A stretch of 64,000 nt of DNA from an uncultured Lachnospiraceae bacterium (GTDB lineage Bacteria; Bacillota; Clostridia; Lachnospirales; Lachnospiraceae): positions 102,052 through 166,051 of the forward strand of contig CANQDA010000002.1 of assembly GCA_947591155.1 (NCBI GenBank). The letters are read 5' to 3'. The notes under the pieces are model-generated. The model ran no database searches and was not told the DNA's origin. It saw nothing but the letters and a program-made list of their open reading frames with translations. Made by a program: the position numbers and the translations under genes. The number at the start of each line of letters is the position of its first letter. Positions within the stretch are counted from its first letter, which is position 1. Shown here piece by piece: positions 1-9,602 of this stretch.

Positions 1-365
1 GCGGCCGTTTCCTCAACGTGTCCGGCCTCTGTTATTCGTTCTCTCCGCCTGACGGGGACAAGCCGGCGAAGCTGCTGGAGGTAACGCTGCCGGACGGCAC
101 TCCGATTCAGGACGAGGAAAAATATACGATCACCGCCACAGACTATATGGCCGGGATCAGCGGATACGCGGACAACAACGGCGACGGCTTTGAGATGATC
201 AACGTATACAGCGACGAAGTCCCGAAGGCGGAAGATGTCCGCCTGATAGAAGAGACCCCCGACACGTTCGTGGACGCCTTGGAGAATTATTTTGCCATCC
301 ACAAAGGCGAAGCCGTATCCGCGAAATGTGATGGAAGGATAAAAGCGGTAGAGGGAAATGACTGA
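1..365 (+). CDS. 5'-nucleotidase (UshA/YfkN-type) C-terminal domain protein, 3' fragment; 5' end outside window
   Basis: Frame is open from the window edge. ...EKYTITATDYMAGISGYADNNGDGF... resembles the C-terminal substrate-binding domain of 5'-nucleotidases. Its stop overlaps the next gene's start (ATGA). Confidence 0.45.
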   Translation, partial: GRFLNVSGLCYSFSPPDGDKPAKLLEVTLPDGTPIQDEEKYTITATDYMAGISGYADNNGDGFEMINVYSDEVPKAEDVRLIEETPDTFVDALENYFAIHKGEAVSAKCDGRIKAVEGND

Positions 366-2751
366 GAAGTTGAAAAAAACAGCATCCAAAAAACAAATTT
401 CATATTTCCTCTTTCTGCTGTGCATGATCGCGGCGTGCATCCTTTGCTTTTATGTGCTGACGCAATCGTCCACCCGGCTGGCGCTCGACTCCAGCACGGA
501 TCTGAATCAGCTGTACTTAAGCGAGATGACGGAACAGATCATCAGCCATTTTGACACCAGCTTGAACGCCCGTTTCGCGCTTCTTCAGACGATCGCTTCG
601 GGCGCAGATGGGAAGGATCTGCAGGATGACAAAGTCCTCTCCGCAATTCTGGAAAAAGGGAAAGTGGACAGCGGATTTGAGTTTCTGGCCTTTGTGGATG
701 CGCAGGGGCTGTATTACAGCGGAGACGGCGCGCGCCCGGCTGCGTCCAGACTCAGCTTTCTGGCGGATCTTCTGGAGGGCAAGACGAATCTGATCTCATA
801 CAACGAGGCGCTTCTGAATGAGGATATGATCGTCATGGGATCGCAGATCTCTCCGCTGACCTGCGGGGATCGGACATTTGTCGCGATCATCGGCGGCTTC
901 AGCAGCGAGGGCTTCAGCGAACAGCTTTCCCTGCAAAACGAGAAGACAGAGACTTATGCCAGCCTTGTCACGAAAGAAGGCAGTTTTGTTGTCTACAATA
1001 CATTCAATTCGGAGCTGCCCCGCGGAAGCAACATCCTCAGCAAGCTTGAGACCTACGCCGAGCTCGGGGAAGGCTATTCCGTGGAACAGATGCGTGCGGA
1101 TATGTCGGCGGGAAACCCCGGTATGATCGTGTTCAACGCGTCGGATCATTCCCAGTGCATGTACTATTCCCCGGTGGAAGGGACGGAGTGGTACATGATG
1201 CTCGAGATGCCCTACGACGTAGTGGATACGCTGATCAGCAGTCTCACGGGACGTCTGTACCGGAACAGCCTGATCGCGCTGCTCTTCATCCTGCTGCTTT
1301 TCGCAATCCTGTTTTTCATTTACGTGATGAATGTGAGCCGTCACAACAGAGCGCTGATGGCGGCGAACGCCTCTGCGCTGGCCGCCCAGAAACAGGCGGA
1401 GAGCGCGAACCGCGCCAAGAGCGATTTCCTGAAACACATGAGCCACGAGCTCCGCACCCCGATGAACGGCATCCTCGGCATGACGACGATCGCTCAGAAA
1501 AATCTGGACGATGCCTCCAGGGTGGAGGACTGCCTGAAGAAAGTCACGCTCTCCTCGCGGCATATGCTGGCGCTGGTCAACGACGTGCTGGATATGTCCA
1601 AGTTTGAGGGCGGCAAGGTCGAGCTGAAGTACGAGCATTTCGACATGAAAGCCTTTCTGGAAAACGTGGACGCGGTCTACGGGGAAATGGCGAGGGAAAA
1701 AGGTCTGCGTTATGAGACCGTCGTGGAGGGAAAGATAGACGCCCAGCTGATCGGGGACGCCCTGCACGTCAACAAGATCCTCACAAATCTCCTATCCAAC
1801 GCATTGAAATTTACGGAGAAGGGAAATATCACGCTGCGCGTTTCCGAACTGGAACGGGAGGAGGAGCACTTGTGGCTTCGCTTCAGCGTCAGCGATACCG
1901 GCAGAGGGATCCGCGAGGAGAACCTCGAAAGGATCTTCCAGCCCTTTGAGCAGGAGCACTCCGAAGATAACCAGAGATACGGGGGTACCGGTCTTGGATT
2001 GTCCATCGTGAGACAGTACGCGGAGCTGATGGGTGGAACCGTGGGGGCGGAGAGTGTCTATGGGCAGGGGAGCACATTCCGCGTGGATATCCCCTTCGAA
2101 CTGATCACTGGAACGCAGCCTCTGATCTGGGAAGGAGAGGATCGGCAGAAAGGAACTCGGGAAGAAGAAAAACAGGCAGAAAAAATTCAGGCGGAAGAAT
2201 CCCGAGAGAGAGGAGCCCAAAAAGAGGAGCTTCAGAAGAAAAAAAACCGGGAAACAGAAACTCAGGAAGAAAGGCCTCACAAAAACGAGAAACGGGATGA
2301 GGAGAAGATTATCAGAGCCGCGTCGGAGCCGCAATACGATTTTGCAGGCAAACACATCCTGCTTGCGGAGGACAATGAGCTGAACCGGGAGATCGCCATG
2401 GTACTGTTGGGCGAGATGACCGGCGCGGAAATGACCGCGGCGGAGGACGGCCGGCAGGCGGTCGAACAGTTCGCCGCGTCAGAGCCCGGATATTTCGATC
2501 TGATCTTAATGGACATTCAGATGCCGAATATGGACGGTTACGAGGCGACCCGCGCGATCCGCGCCATGGACAGGTCGGATGCCAAAACAGTCCCGGTCTT
2601 TGCCGTGACGGCCAACGCCTTCGCGGATGACGCGGAAAAATGCATTGAGGCAGGCATGGACGCCCATCTCTCCAAACCGTTGGAGATCTCGGCGGTGTAC
2701 GCTGCGGTCAACGAGGTGCTCGCTCGAAGGAACGATACCGGCGAAACCTGA
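358..2751 (+). CDS. Hybrid sensor histidine kinase / response regulator
   Basis: TM helix, about 270-aa extracytoplasmic sensor region and a second TM. H-box SHELRTPMNGILG; HATPase boxes (NLLSNALKFT, DTGRGI, GGTGLGLSIV); E/K-rich linker. C-terminal receiver (ILLAEDNELN, DLILMDIQMPNMDG, SKP). Confidence 0.92.
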   Translation: MTEKLKKTASKKQISYFLFLLCMIAACILCFYVLTQSSTRLALDSSTDLNQLYLSEMTEQIISHFDTSLNARFALLQTIASGADGKDLQDDKVLSAILEKGKVDSGFEFLAFVDAQGLYYSGDGARPAASRLSFLADLLEGKTNLISYNEALLNEDMIVMGSQISPLTCGDRTFVAIIGGFSSEGFSEQLSLQNEKTETYASLVTKEGSFVVYNTFNSELPRGSNILSKLETYAELGEGYSVEQMRADMSAGNPGMIVFNASDHSQCMYYSPVEGTEWYMMLEMPYDVVDTLISSLTGRLYRNSLIALLFILLLFAILFFIYVMNVSRHNRALMAANASALAAQKQAESANRAKSDFLKHMSHELRTPMNGILGMTTIAQKNLDDASRVEDCLKKVTLSSRHMLALVNDVLDMSKFEGGKVELKYEHFDMKAFLENVDAVYGEMAREKGLRYETVVEGKIDAQLIGDALHVNKILTNLLSNALKFTEKGNITLRVSELEREEEHLWLRFSVSDTGRGIREENLERIFQPFEQEHSEDNQRYGGTGLGLSIVRQYAELMGGTVGAESVYGQGSTFRVDIPFELITGTQPLIWEGEDRQKGTREEEKQAEKIQAEESRERGAQKEELQKKKNRETETQEERPHKNEKRDEEKIIRAASEPQYDFAGKHILLAEDNELNREIAMVLLGEMTGAEMTAAEDGRQAVEQFAASEPGYFDLILMDIQMPNMDGYEATRAIRAMDRSDAKTVPVFAVTANAFADDAEKCIEAGMDAHLSKPLEISAVYAAVNEVLARRNDTGET

Positions 2752-2847
2752 AAAATCTGAGTGATCTGAAATGTCCGGAATATCCAGGACTCATAGAATG
2801 GCCTGCGCCTCAGTGAAGTAAGGCAGACCAGGAAAGGAAGAAGCATC

Positions 2848-4074
2848 ATGCAGGAGATCAAATGTCCGAAATGCGGAGAGGTTTTTGCGGTGGACGAGTC
2901 CGGCTACGCGCAGATCGCTGCGCAGGTCAGGGATAGGGAATTTGAAAAAGAGCTTGAACGTCGGGCGAAAGACCTTGAGGAGATCCGGGCAAGCGAGATG
3001 AAGCTCGCGCAGCTAAGGCAGAAAGAAGCGTTCGACAAAGAGCTCTCGTCGAAGGCGGCGGAAGTCGCACAGAGGGACAGGATCATCGAGCAGCTCCGCG
3101 CGAAGCTTGGCAGCAGCGAGACGGAGAGAAAGCTCGCGGTGAGCGAGGCGGTCAGCGCGAAGGAGAAGGAGCTCTCCGAGAAGACCAATGAGATCACCCA
3201 GCTGCAGAGTAAGCTTTCGAACCAGAAAGCGGAGAGCGAGCTGAAGGAGCAATCGATCCATAAGCAGTACGAGAACGAGCTGAAGCAGAAGGACGAGTTG
3301 ATCGAATACTACAAGGATTTCAAGGCGCGGCAGTCGACGAAGATGATCGGCGAGAGTCTGGAGCAGCACTGCCTGACGCAGTTCAATTCCCTGCGGATGA
3401 CCGCGTTTCCCGCGGCGTATTTTGAGAAGGACAACGATGCGCGCAGCGGGAGCAAGGGCGACTTTATCTTCCGCGAGTCGAAGGACGGCGTGGAGTTCAT
3501 CTCGATCATGTTTGAGATGAAGAACGAGATGGACGAGACGGCCACGAAGCACAAGAACGAAGACTTCTTCAAGGAGCTCGACAAGGACCGCCGCGAGAAG
3601 AACTGCGAGTACGCCGTGCTGGTGTCCCTGCTGGAGATCGACAACGAGCTGTACAACAACGGGATCGTGGACGTCTCCTACAAGTATGACAAGATGTACG
3701 TGATCCGGCCGCAGTTTTTCATACCGATGATCACGCTGCTGCGGAACGCGGCGCTGAATTCCCTGCAATATCGTCAGGAACTGGAGGTGGCGCGGAACCA
3801 GCAGATCGATATCCTGAATTTCGAGCAGAATATGAATACGTTCAAGGAGGGCTTCGCGCGCAACTACCGGATCGCGAGCGACAAGTTCAAGACGGCGATC
3901 GACGAGATCGATAAGACGATCCAACACCTCCAGAAGACGAAGGACGCGCTTCTCTCGTCGGAGAACAATCTGAGACTTGCGAACAACAAGGCGGAGGACC
4001 TGAGCATTAAGAGACTGACAAAGAACGCGCCCGCGGTGAAAGCGATGTTTGACGGGCTGCATACGGAGAAATGA
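2848..4074 (+). CDS. DUF2130-family protein (N-terminal zinc ribbon, coiled coil, conserved C-terminal domain)
   Basis: Begins MQEIKCPKCGEVF (CxxC ribbon), followed by a long E/K/Q-rich coiled coil and a conserved C-terminal region typical of DUF2130. RBS aggaaaggaag lies upstream. Confidence 0.7.
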   Translation: MQEIKCPKCGEVFAVDESGYAQIAAQVRDREFEKELERRAKDLEEIRASEMKLAQLRQKEAFDKELSSKAAEVAQRDRIIEQLRAKLGSSETERKLAVSEAVSAKEKELSEKTNEITQLQSKLSNQKAESELKEQSIHKQYENELKQKDELIEYYKDFKARQSTKMIGESLEQHCLTQFNSLRMTAFPAAYFEKDNDARSGSKGDFIFRESKDGVEFISIMFEMKNEMDETATKHKNEDFFKELDKDRREKNCEYAVLVSLLEIDNELYNNGIVDVSYKYDKMYVIRPQFFIPMITLLRNAALNSLQYRQELEVARNQQIDILNFEQNMNTFKEGFARNYRIASDKFKTAIDEIDKTIQHLQKTKDALLSSENNLRLANNKAEDLSIKRLTKNAPAVKAMFDGLHTEK

Positions 4075-4087
4075 CCGGGGCTTTTCC

Positions 4088-4116
4088 TTGACACGAAAAG
4101 CGCAAAAGAGTATGAT
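4088..4116 (+). promoter_or_regulatory. Sigma-A-type promoter for the BMC shell operon
   Basis: TTGACA (4088-4093), 17-nt spacer, TATGAT (4111-4116). About 185 nt upstream of the first BMC gene. Confidence 0.5.
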
Positions 4117-4300
4117 TTATATAGCAATTCCGTATGGACAGAAACGCTGAATCTCAGGCGTGAGGAATATGCTTTGAACATGTGAAACATACATAGATCT
4201 CAGCGGGAAAATGCGACGAAACAAAGCGGAGAATCAAAGCAAAGAAACAAAGCAGAATATACAAAGATATAGAAGAATATAGAAGAAAGGATCTGCAAAA

Positions 4301-4666
4301 ATGGCGGAAAATCATGAAGAACAGATCAGAATCGTACAGGAGACGGTAGCGGGCAAGGAGATCACGTTCGCGCATGTGATGGGCGGTCCTGCCCCGATCG
4401 TATATCAGAAGCTTGGCCTGAATCCGCAGGTCGATTACGGCACTTCCGCGATCGGGATCATGAACATGACGCCTCCGGAATCTGCGGTGATCGCCTCGGA
4501 CATCGCGGTTAAGAGCGGAAACGTCTATCTCGGATTTGCGGATCGTTTCACCGGGACGCTGATCATCACGGGCGAGATTTCCGATGTGATGTCCGCACTG
4601 ACGGAGGTCGTGGAATTCTTCCGCGACACGATGGGCTACGTCGTCTGCGATATCACCAAACGGTGA
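4301..4666 (+). CDS. Bacterial microcompartment shell protein, circularly permuted BMC-H (PduU/EutS type)
   Basis: 121 aa. ...IVQETVAGKEITFAHVMG...AIGIMNMTPPESAVIASDIAVKSGNVYLGFADRFTGTLIITGEISDV... matches the PduU/EutS pattern. RBS agaaagga. Confidence 0.8.
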   Translation: MAENHEEQIRIVQETVAGKEITFAHVMGGPAPIVYQKLGLNPQVDYGTSAIGIMNMTPPESAVIASDIAVKSGNVYLGFADRFTGTLIITGEISDVMSALTEVVEFFRDTMGYVVCDITKR

Positions 4667-4748
4667 GAAGCTCGAACACGGCAATGCACAAAGGCCGCGG
4701 AAGAGCGGCCAAACATCAGGAAATCAGGAAGAGACAGGGAGTGCGGTC

Positions 4749-5177
4749 ATGTCCAATATGACGAGAGAACAATTGCTGGAAAAGCTCTTCCACGAGGACT
4801 ATGAGCAGTTGAAGGGGAAACGGCTGCGTCTGACCCGCGTGCGGGTTCCGGGGAAGGAAGTCTGTCTGGCTCATATCATCGGCGTTTCGCAGACTCCGAT
4901 CTATCGCAACCTCAGCCTGCATATCGGCGTCCATGAGGGCGAAGACCACACAGGCGATGCGATCGGTCTGCTTCGCTTTACTCCGTGGGAGGCCGTCGTG
5001 GCGGCGGCGGACATCGCGATGAAGAGCGCGCATGTCGAGATCGGGTTCATGGATCGCTTTTGCGGCACGCTGATCCTCACCGGAGGACAGATCGAGGTGC
5101 AGACGGCCGTGGAGGAGGTCGTCCGCGTATTCCACGAGGATCTGGGATTTCGGACGTGCGCGATCCGCAAAAGCTGA
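4749..5177 (+). CDS. Second PduU/EutS-type permuted BMC-H shell protein (divergent paralog with N-terminal extension)
   Basis: 142 aa. ...VPGKEVCLAHIIG...AIGLLRFTPWEAVVAAADIAMKSAHVEIGFMDRFCGTLILTGGQIEV... Same architecture as the previous gene, plus an acidic insertion GVHEGEDHTGD. Confidence 0.75.
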   Translation: MSNMTREQLLEKLFHEDYEQLKGKRLRLTRVRVPGKEVCLAHIIGVSQTPIYRNLSLHIGVHEGEDHTGDAIGLLRFTPWEAVVAAADIAMKSAHVEIGFMDRFCGTLILTGGQIEVQTAVEEVVRVFHEDLGFRTCAIRKS

Positions 5178-5350
5178 GTTGTGCCGCGCGCAGAAAGAGC
5201 GATATCCGAAAAGCGATATCGGGAAGACAGGAAAAAATAGGGAAAGATAGAGATAGAGAAGAAAAGGGAAAGATAGAGAAAGATAGAGAAAGACAGAGAT
5301 AGGGAAGGACAGGAAAAGATAGGAAAGGACAGGAAGGAAAAGCCGACCAT

Positions 5351-5878
5351 ATGAAAAAACTGTTTCTGATGGGGAGAAGCGAGGCGGGGAAGACTTCGCT
5401 GACTCAGGTGCTGAAAGGCGAAGAGCTCCATTACATAAAAACACAGTATACGAATACGGAAGACGATTTCATCGATACGCCGGGAGAATACGCGGAGTCC
5501 AAGCGATTCAGTGTTGGTTTGGCGTGCTTTTCTTTTGAGGCAGACGTCGTGGCGCTTGTTCAGGCGGCGGACGAGCCGTACAATCTCTTCAGCCCCTGCC
5601 TGCGCGCGTTTATCCTGCGCCCGCTCATCGGCATCATCACGAAGACGGACTCCCCCTACGCCAACATCCCTATGGTCGAGCAGTGGATGCGAAACGCCGG
5701 CTGCGACCGCATCTTCTATGTGAACAATGTGACCGGCGAGGGTGTGAGCGAGCTGATGGAATTCCTTGAGGGCGATCCGGAGCAGATGACGCTGGGAGAG
5801 GCGATGTACAAGCAGAATCTCGGGTTCAATGAATGGGATGCGCTGCCGGAACAATGCAAAATGTCTGAAAGCGCCTGA
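5351..5878 (+). CDS. EutP/PduV-family small GTPase
   Basis: P-loop GRSEAGKTSLTQ, DTPGEY switch and ITKTD (NKxD-like) motif. Its size and position after BMC shell genes are typical of EutP/PduV. Confidence 0.8.
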   Translation: MKKLFLMGRSEAGKTSLTQVLKGEELHYIKTQYTNTEDDFIDTPGEYAESKRFSVGLACFSFEADVVALVQAADEPYNLFSPCLRAFILRPLIGIITKTDSPYANIPMVEQWMRNAGCDRIFYVNNVTGEGVSELMEFLEGDPEQMTLGEAMYKQNLGFNEWDALPEQCKMSESA

Positions 5879-5955
5879 AGATACGGCAATTTCAAGTCGA
5901 AAATGGAGATACTTTCACAAGGTTTTCAATATCAAAAACCAACTCTGACTTCTGC

Positions 5956-5989
5956 GTCCTGACCCGAAGCGGGCAGGACACATTTTTTT
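5956..5989 (+). terminator. Rho-independent terminator after the BMC/EutP operon
   Basis: GTCCTGACCCG-AAG-CGGGCAGGAC stem-loop followed by a T7 run. Confidence 0.8.
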
Positions 5990-6147
5990 CACAAACTCAT
6001 CACGATATGGACACAAAATGAACAAAGACGGGACACAAAGCGGGACTATCCTTTTCACTGATTTAAGGGGCAGTGAAACGGACGGTCAGGACAAAACGAG
6101 CTTCCGGTTTCGCGCCTCAGAATGATCTTGAAAGGAGCGTTTAGATT

Positions 6148-7443
6148 ATGAGACGCAAAAAGCTTTGGAGTAAAAGAACGGGCGTGGCCGCGGCGGTGCT
6201 GATGACGGCGGCGATGACCTTGGGAAGTGTGACGGCAGGCGCGGCGGGGACGTCGGAAGCCGGGAAAAACACGGAACCTGTGAAGGAAGAGGTCGGCACG
6301 GAGCTTTCAGGGAACGACACGGATTCAGGAGATTCAGGGATCGATATGAGTACTGCCTATCCGGGCGTCACGGTGAAAGCGGGAGAGACCGTGAGCTTTC
6401 CTCTGGATTTTCTGAGCCTGGACGGGAAGGGTTATGACGTCGCTCTGTCCGCAGTTTCCCTGCCGGAGAACTGGAGCGGATATTTCCGAGGCGACAATCA
6501 GGAGATCACGAAGATCCATGTGAAGCCGGGGACAACGGCGGATACGGCGGACGCCGGGGACGATTCGGATGCACAGTTCAGCCTGAGCGTGCCGGAAGGG
6601 ATCGAAGAAGGTACATATGAAGTCGAGCTTGAGGCGGACGCCGGTGAGGGAAAGACCGACACGCTTGAGTTGGAGGTGACGGTCAGCCAGGAGGAGAGCG
6701 GACAGAGCGATTTTACCTCCGAATATCCGCAGCAGCAGGGTATGGCAGGGACGTCCTTCAGCTTCGAGACGACGATCGTGAACAACCGCAGCACGAACCA
6801 GACCTACAGTCTGTCGGCGGACGCTCCTGCCGGATGGCAGGTGACGTTTACCCCGTCCGGGGAGAGCGCGAACGTGGCGAGCCTCTCGGTGGACGCAGGC
6901 GGCAGTCAGGGATTGACGGTCGGCGTCGTGCCGCCGGAAAAGGTGGAGAAGGGTGAGTACACGATCTCGTGCGCGGCGGTGTCGGCGAACGATACGCTGG
7001 CGCAGGATCTGACTGTCGAGATCACCGGCTCCTATGCGTTGACGCTCTCCACGCCGGACGGATGTCTGAGCTTTGACGCGTATGAGAATAAGGAAGCTTC
7101 TGTGACGCTCAGTATCACGAATACGGGCAATGTAGATCTGACGAACCTGAACCTTACTTCTTCCGCTCCGACGGACTGGGAAGTCACGTTCAGCGAGTCG
7201 ACGATCGACACGCTCGAGGCCGGAGCGACAAAGGAAGTCACGGCCTACGTAACGCCCTGTGAGAATGCGGTCACGGGGGATTACGTGACGACGATCACAG
7301 CCGGAAACAGTGAGACATCCGCAAGCGCGGACTTCCGCGTGTCCGTGAAGACGTCCACGACCTGGGGCATCGCGGCGATTGGCGTGATCGTGGTGCTGGT
7401 GGTGATCCTTGGCGTTATCTTTAAGAAATATGGGAGACGATAG
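6148..7443 (+). CDS. Secreted/anchored NEW3-type (COG1470-like) beta-sandwich repeat protein associated with an ABC-2 transporter
   Basis: Signal peptide ([26 protein letters not shown]), repeated Ig-like segments (...TYEVELEA...LELEVTV, ...EYTISCAA...DLTVEI, ...DYVTTITA...DFRVSV) and a C-terminal TM anchor plus KKYGRR. Followed by ABC-2 ATPase and permease genes. Confidence 0.55.
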   Translation: MRRKKLWSKRTGVAAAVLMTAAMTLGSVTAGAAGTSEAGKNTEPVKEEVGTELSGNDTDSGDSGIDMSTAYPGVTVKAGETVSFPLDFLSLDGKGYDVALSAVSLPENWSGYFRGDNQEITKIHVKPGTTADTADAGDDSDAQFSLSVPEGIEEGTYEVELEADAGEGKTDTLELEVTVSQEESGQSDFTSEYPQQQGMAGTSFSFETTIVNNRSTNQTYSLSADAPAGWQVTFTPSGESANVASLSVDAGGSQGLTVGVVPPEKVEKGEYTISCAAVSANDTLAQDLTVEITGSYALTLSTPDGCLSFDAYENKEASVTLSITNTGNVDLTNLNLTSSAPTDWEVTFSESTIDTLEAGATKEVTAYVTPCENAVTGDYVTTITAGNSETSASADFRVSVKTSTTWGIAAIGVIVVLVVILGVIFKKYGRR

Positions 7444-7445
7444 GT

Positions 7446-8483
7446 ATGTCAGAGAATAGCAGAAATGTAATAGAACTCTCTCAGCTGACGAAGCAGTACG
7501 GCGACAAGAGGGCCGTCGACAGCCTGAATCTCTCGATCCGAAAAGGCGAAGTGTTCGGCCTGCTCGGACCGAACGGCGCGGGCAAGACGACGACGATCCT
7601 GATGCTGCTCGGACTGACGGAACCCACCGCAGGGACGGCTCTGATCGAGGGACTGGACTGCGCGCGGCATCCGCTCGAGGTCAAGGGGATCGTCGGCTAC
7701 CTGCCGGACAACGTCGGTTTCTACCCGGACATGACCGGGCGGCAGAACCTGCGCTTCACCGGACAGCTCAACGGCCTCTCCGGGCAGGAGCTTGAGGAGC
7801 GCATCGACGAGCTGCTTGCGCGCGTGGGCATGACCGAGGCGGCCGATCGGCGCGCGGGCACCTACTCGAAGGGTATGCGCCAGAGGCTTGGGATCGCGGA
7901 TGTGCTGATCAAGGATCCGGAGATCATCATCATGGACGAGCCGACGCTCGGCATCGACCCGGAAGGCATGCGGGAGCTTCTGAACCTGATCCGGGAACTG
8001 TCGGTGGAGGATGGGAGGACGATCCTGATCTCCTCGCACCAGCTTCATCAGATCCAGCAGGTATGCGACCGTGTCGGAATCTTCGTGGAAGGAAAGCTGA
8101 TCGCGAGCGGCACGCTTGCCGAGCTGGAGGAGCAGATCCTTCAGGACGGCAGCTACCTGCTGGAAGTGAACGTTCATCCCTGCGACGACAAGCTGCTAGG
8201 GATGCTGTCGCAGCAGGAGGGACTTGAGAAGATCCAGAAGGAGGGCAACACGCTTCTGATCTCTTCGAAAAAAGACATCCGCGGACAGCTGACGAGATTC
8301 CTCGGAGAGCACGGCTATACGATCCTGCACCTCCACCAGAGGGGCGGCGACCTTGACGAGATCTACAGACGTTATTTTGAAAAGGCGGGGCAAAGTGATG
8401 AGAGAAATGATTTTGAAGAAAAGAGAAAGCACGGCTGGAGGCGCAGAGGGAAGCAGGCGCGTCAGGGGACTGACCGGGCTTAA
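7446..8483 (+). CDS. ABC transporter ATP-binding protein (ABC-2/DrrA-like)
   Basis: Walker [10 protein letters not shown], signature YSKGMRQRL, Walker [14 protein letters not shown]-loop SSHQL. Confidence 0.93.
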   Translation: MSENSRNVIELSQLTKQYGDKRAVDSLNLSIRKGEVFGLLGPNGAGKTTTILMLLGLTEPTAGTALIEGLDCARHPLEVKGIVGYLPDNVGFYPDMTGRQNLRFTGQLNGLSGQELEERIDELLARVGMTEAADRRAGTYSKGMRQRLGIADVLIKDPEIIIMDEPTLGIDPEGMRELLNLIRELSVEDGRTILISSHQLHQIQQVCDRVGIFVEGKLIASGTLAELEEQILQDGSYLLEVNVHPCDDKLLGMLSQQEGLEKIQKEGNTLLISSKKDIRGQLTRFLGEHGYTILHLHQRGGDLDEIYRRYFEKAGQSDERNDFEEKRKHGWRRRGKQARQGTDRA

Positions 8484-9405
8484 GGCGCTGTTTCACAAAG
8501 AGTTTGCCGATCATCTGCGAAGCAGGCGTTTCCTGATTCTCCTGCTTTTGATCGGCGGCACCGGAATCGCCAGCCTGTACGGGGCGATCTCCGGGCTCGG
8601 AGACGTGGAGGACAGCAACTACCTGTTCCTGAGTCTCTACACGACGAGCGGGAACTCGATCCCGTCGTTCATGTCCTTCATCGCGCTGCTGGGGCCGATC
8701 ATCGGTCTGGCGCTCGGCTTCGACGCGGTGAACAGTGAGCGCGCCGGAGGGACGCTGAACCGTCTGGTGGCGCAGCCGATCTATCGGGATTCCATTATTA
8801 TCGGCAAGTTTCTGGCCGGAACGGCAGTGATCGCGACGATCATCTACACGATGGGGATCGGTCTCGGGGCGGTCGGCATCCTCTGCACGGGGGTAAAGCC
8901 GTCCGGTGAGGAGGTCTGGAGGATCCTTGTTTTCCTGACCTTCACGGTCGTCTATGTGGCGTTCTGGCTGGCGATCTCGATCTGGTTTTCCGTGGTCTGC
9001 CGCCACGCGGCCACCTCGGCGCTCGCGTCGATCGCGCTTTGGGTCTTCTTCGCGATCTTCATGAGTCTGGTGGCGAGGATCGTCGCGAACGCGGCGTACC
9101 CGATCGGAGACGAGTATCACGCGATGATCAATTCGTACAACAACTACACGCTGAATCTGGGGCTCAACCGGATTTCGCCGTACTATCTGTACAGTGAGGC
9201 GGTGTCGACGATCATGAACCCGACGGTCCGCTCGGTCAACGTCGTGACGATGGATCAGCTCGTCGGGGCAGTCAGCGGCTACCTGAGTCTCGGACAGAGT
9301 CTTCTGCTCGTCTGGCCGAACCTGACCGGGTTGGCGGCGCTGATGCTGATTGCGTTCGGCGGTTCGTACATCGGATTCATGCGGCAGGAAATCCGATCGA
9401 ACTGA
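8398..9405 (+). CDS. ABC-2 family transporter permease
   Basis: Six predicted TM segments. The ATG at 8398 sits behind aaaaggcgggg; the ORF-track start at 8353 would overlap the ATPase even further. The 3' tail of the ATPase overlaps this gene, so one of the two boundaries is uncertain. Confidence 0.75.
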   Translation: MREMILKKRESTAGGAEGSRRVRGLTGLKALFHKEFADHLRSRRFLILLLLIGGTGIASLYGAISGLGDVEDSNYLFLSLYTTSGNSIPSFMSFIALLGPIIGLALGFDAVNSERAGGTLNRLVAQPIYRDSIIIGKFLAGTAVIATIIYTMGIGLGAVGILCTGVKPSGEEVWRILVFLTFTVVYVAFWLAISIWFSVVCRHAATSALASIALWVFFAIFMSLVARIVANAAYPIGDEYHAMINSYNNYTLNLGLNRISPYYLYSEAVSTIMNPTVRSVNVVTMDQLVGAVSGYLSLGQSLLLVWPNLTGLAALMLIAFGGSYIGFMRQEIRSN

Positions 9406-9602
9406 ACGGAATGGAGAAATCGCGTTCGTGTTTACGATCGGAATTTTATAAGAGAAACGAAACCGGCGATATGACGGAGACAGAGCAACTATAACGCGGG
9501 GAAAAAACGAAACAGAGGAAAAATGCATAATTTGCTGGGAAACTGCAGACAATACCTTCGATAGAATTCAGTATAATTCAGTATAATTCAGGAGGTATGG
9601 AT

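Noticed and set aside
796-1767. Long antisense or alternate-frame ORFs in the track (for example 796-1767 -, 3013-4062 -, 7930-9552 -, 13074-14357 +, 19484-20869 -, 39001-40308 -, 52586-54358 +, 56517-58223 -).
   Set aside because: All lie opposite or overlapping genes with unambiguous family motifs. Their translations are Arg/His/Pro/Leu-rich, have low complexity and lack RBSs. These are typical stop-poor shadow frames of GC-rich coding DNA.
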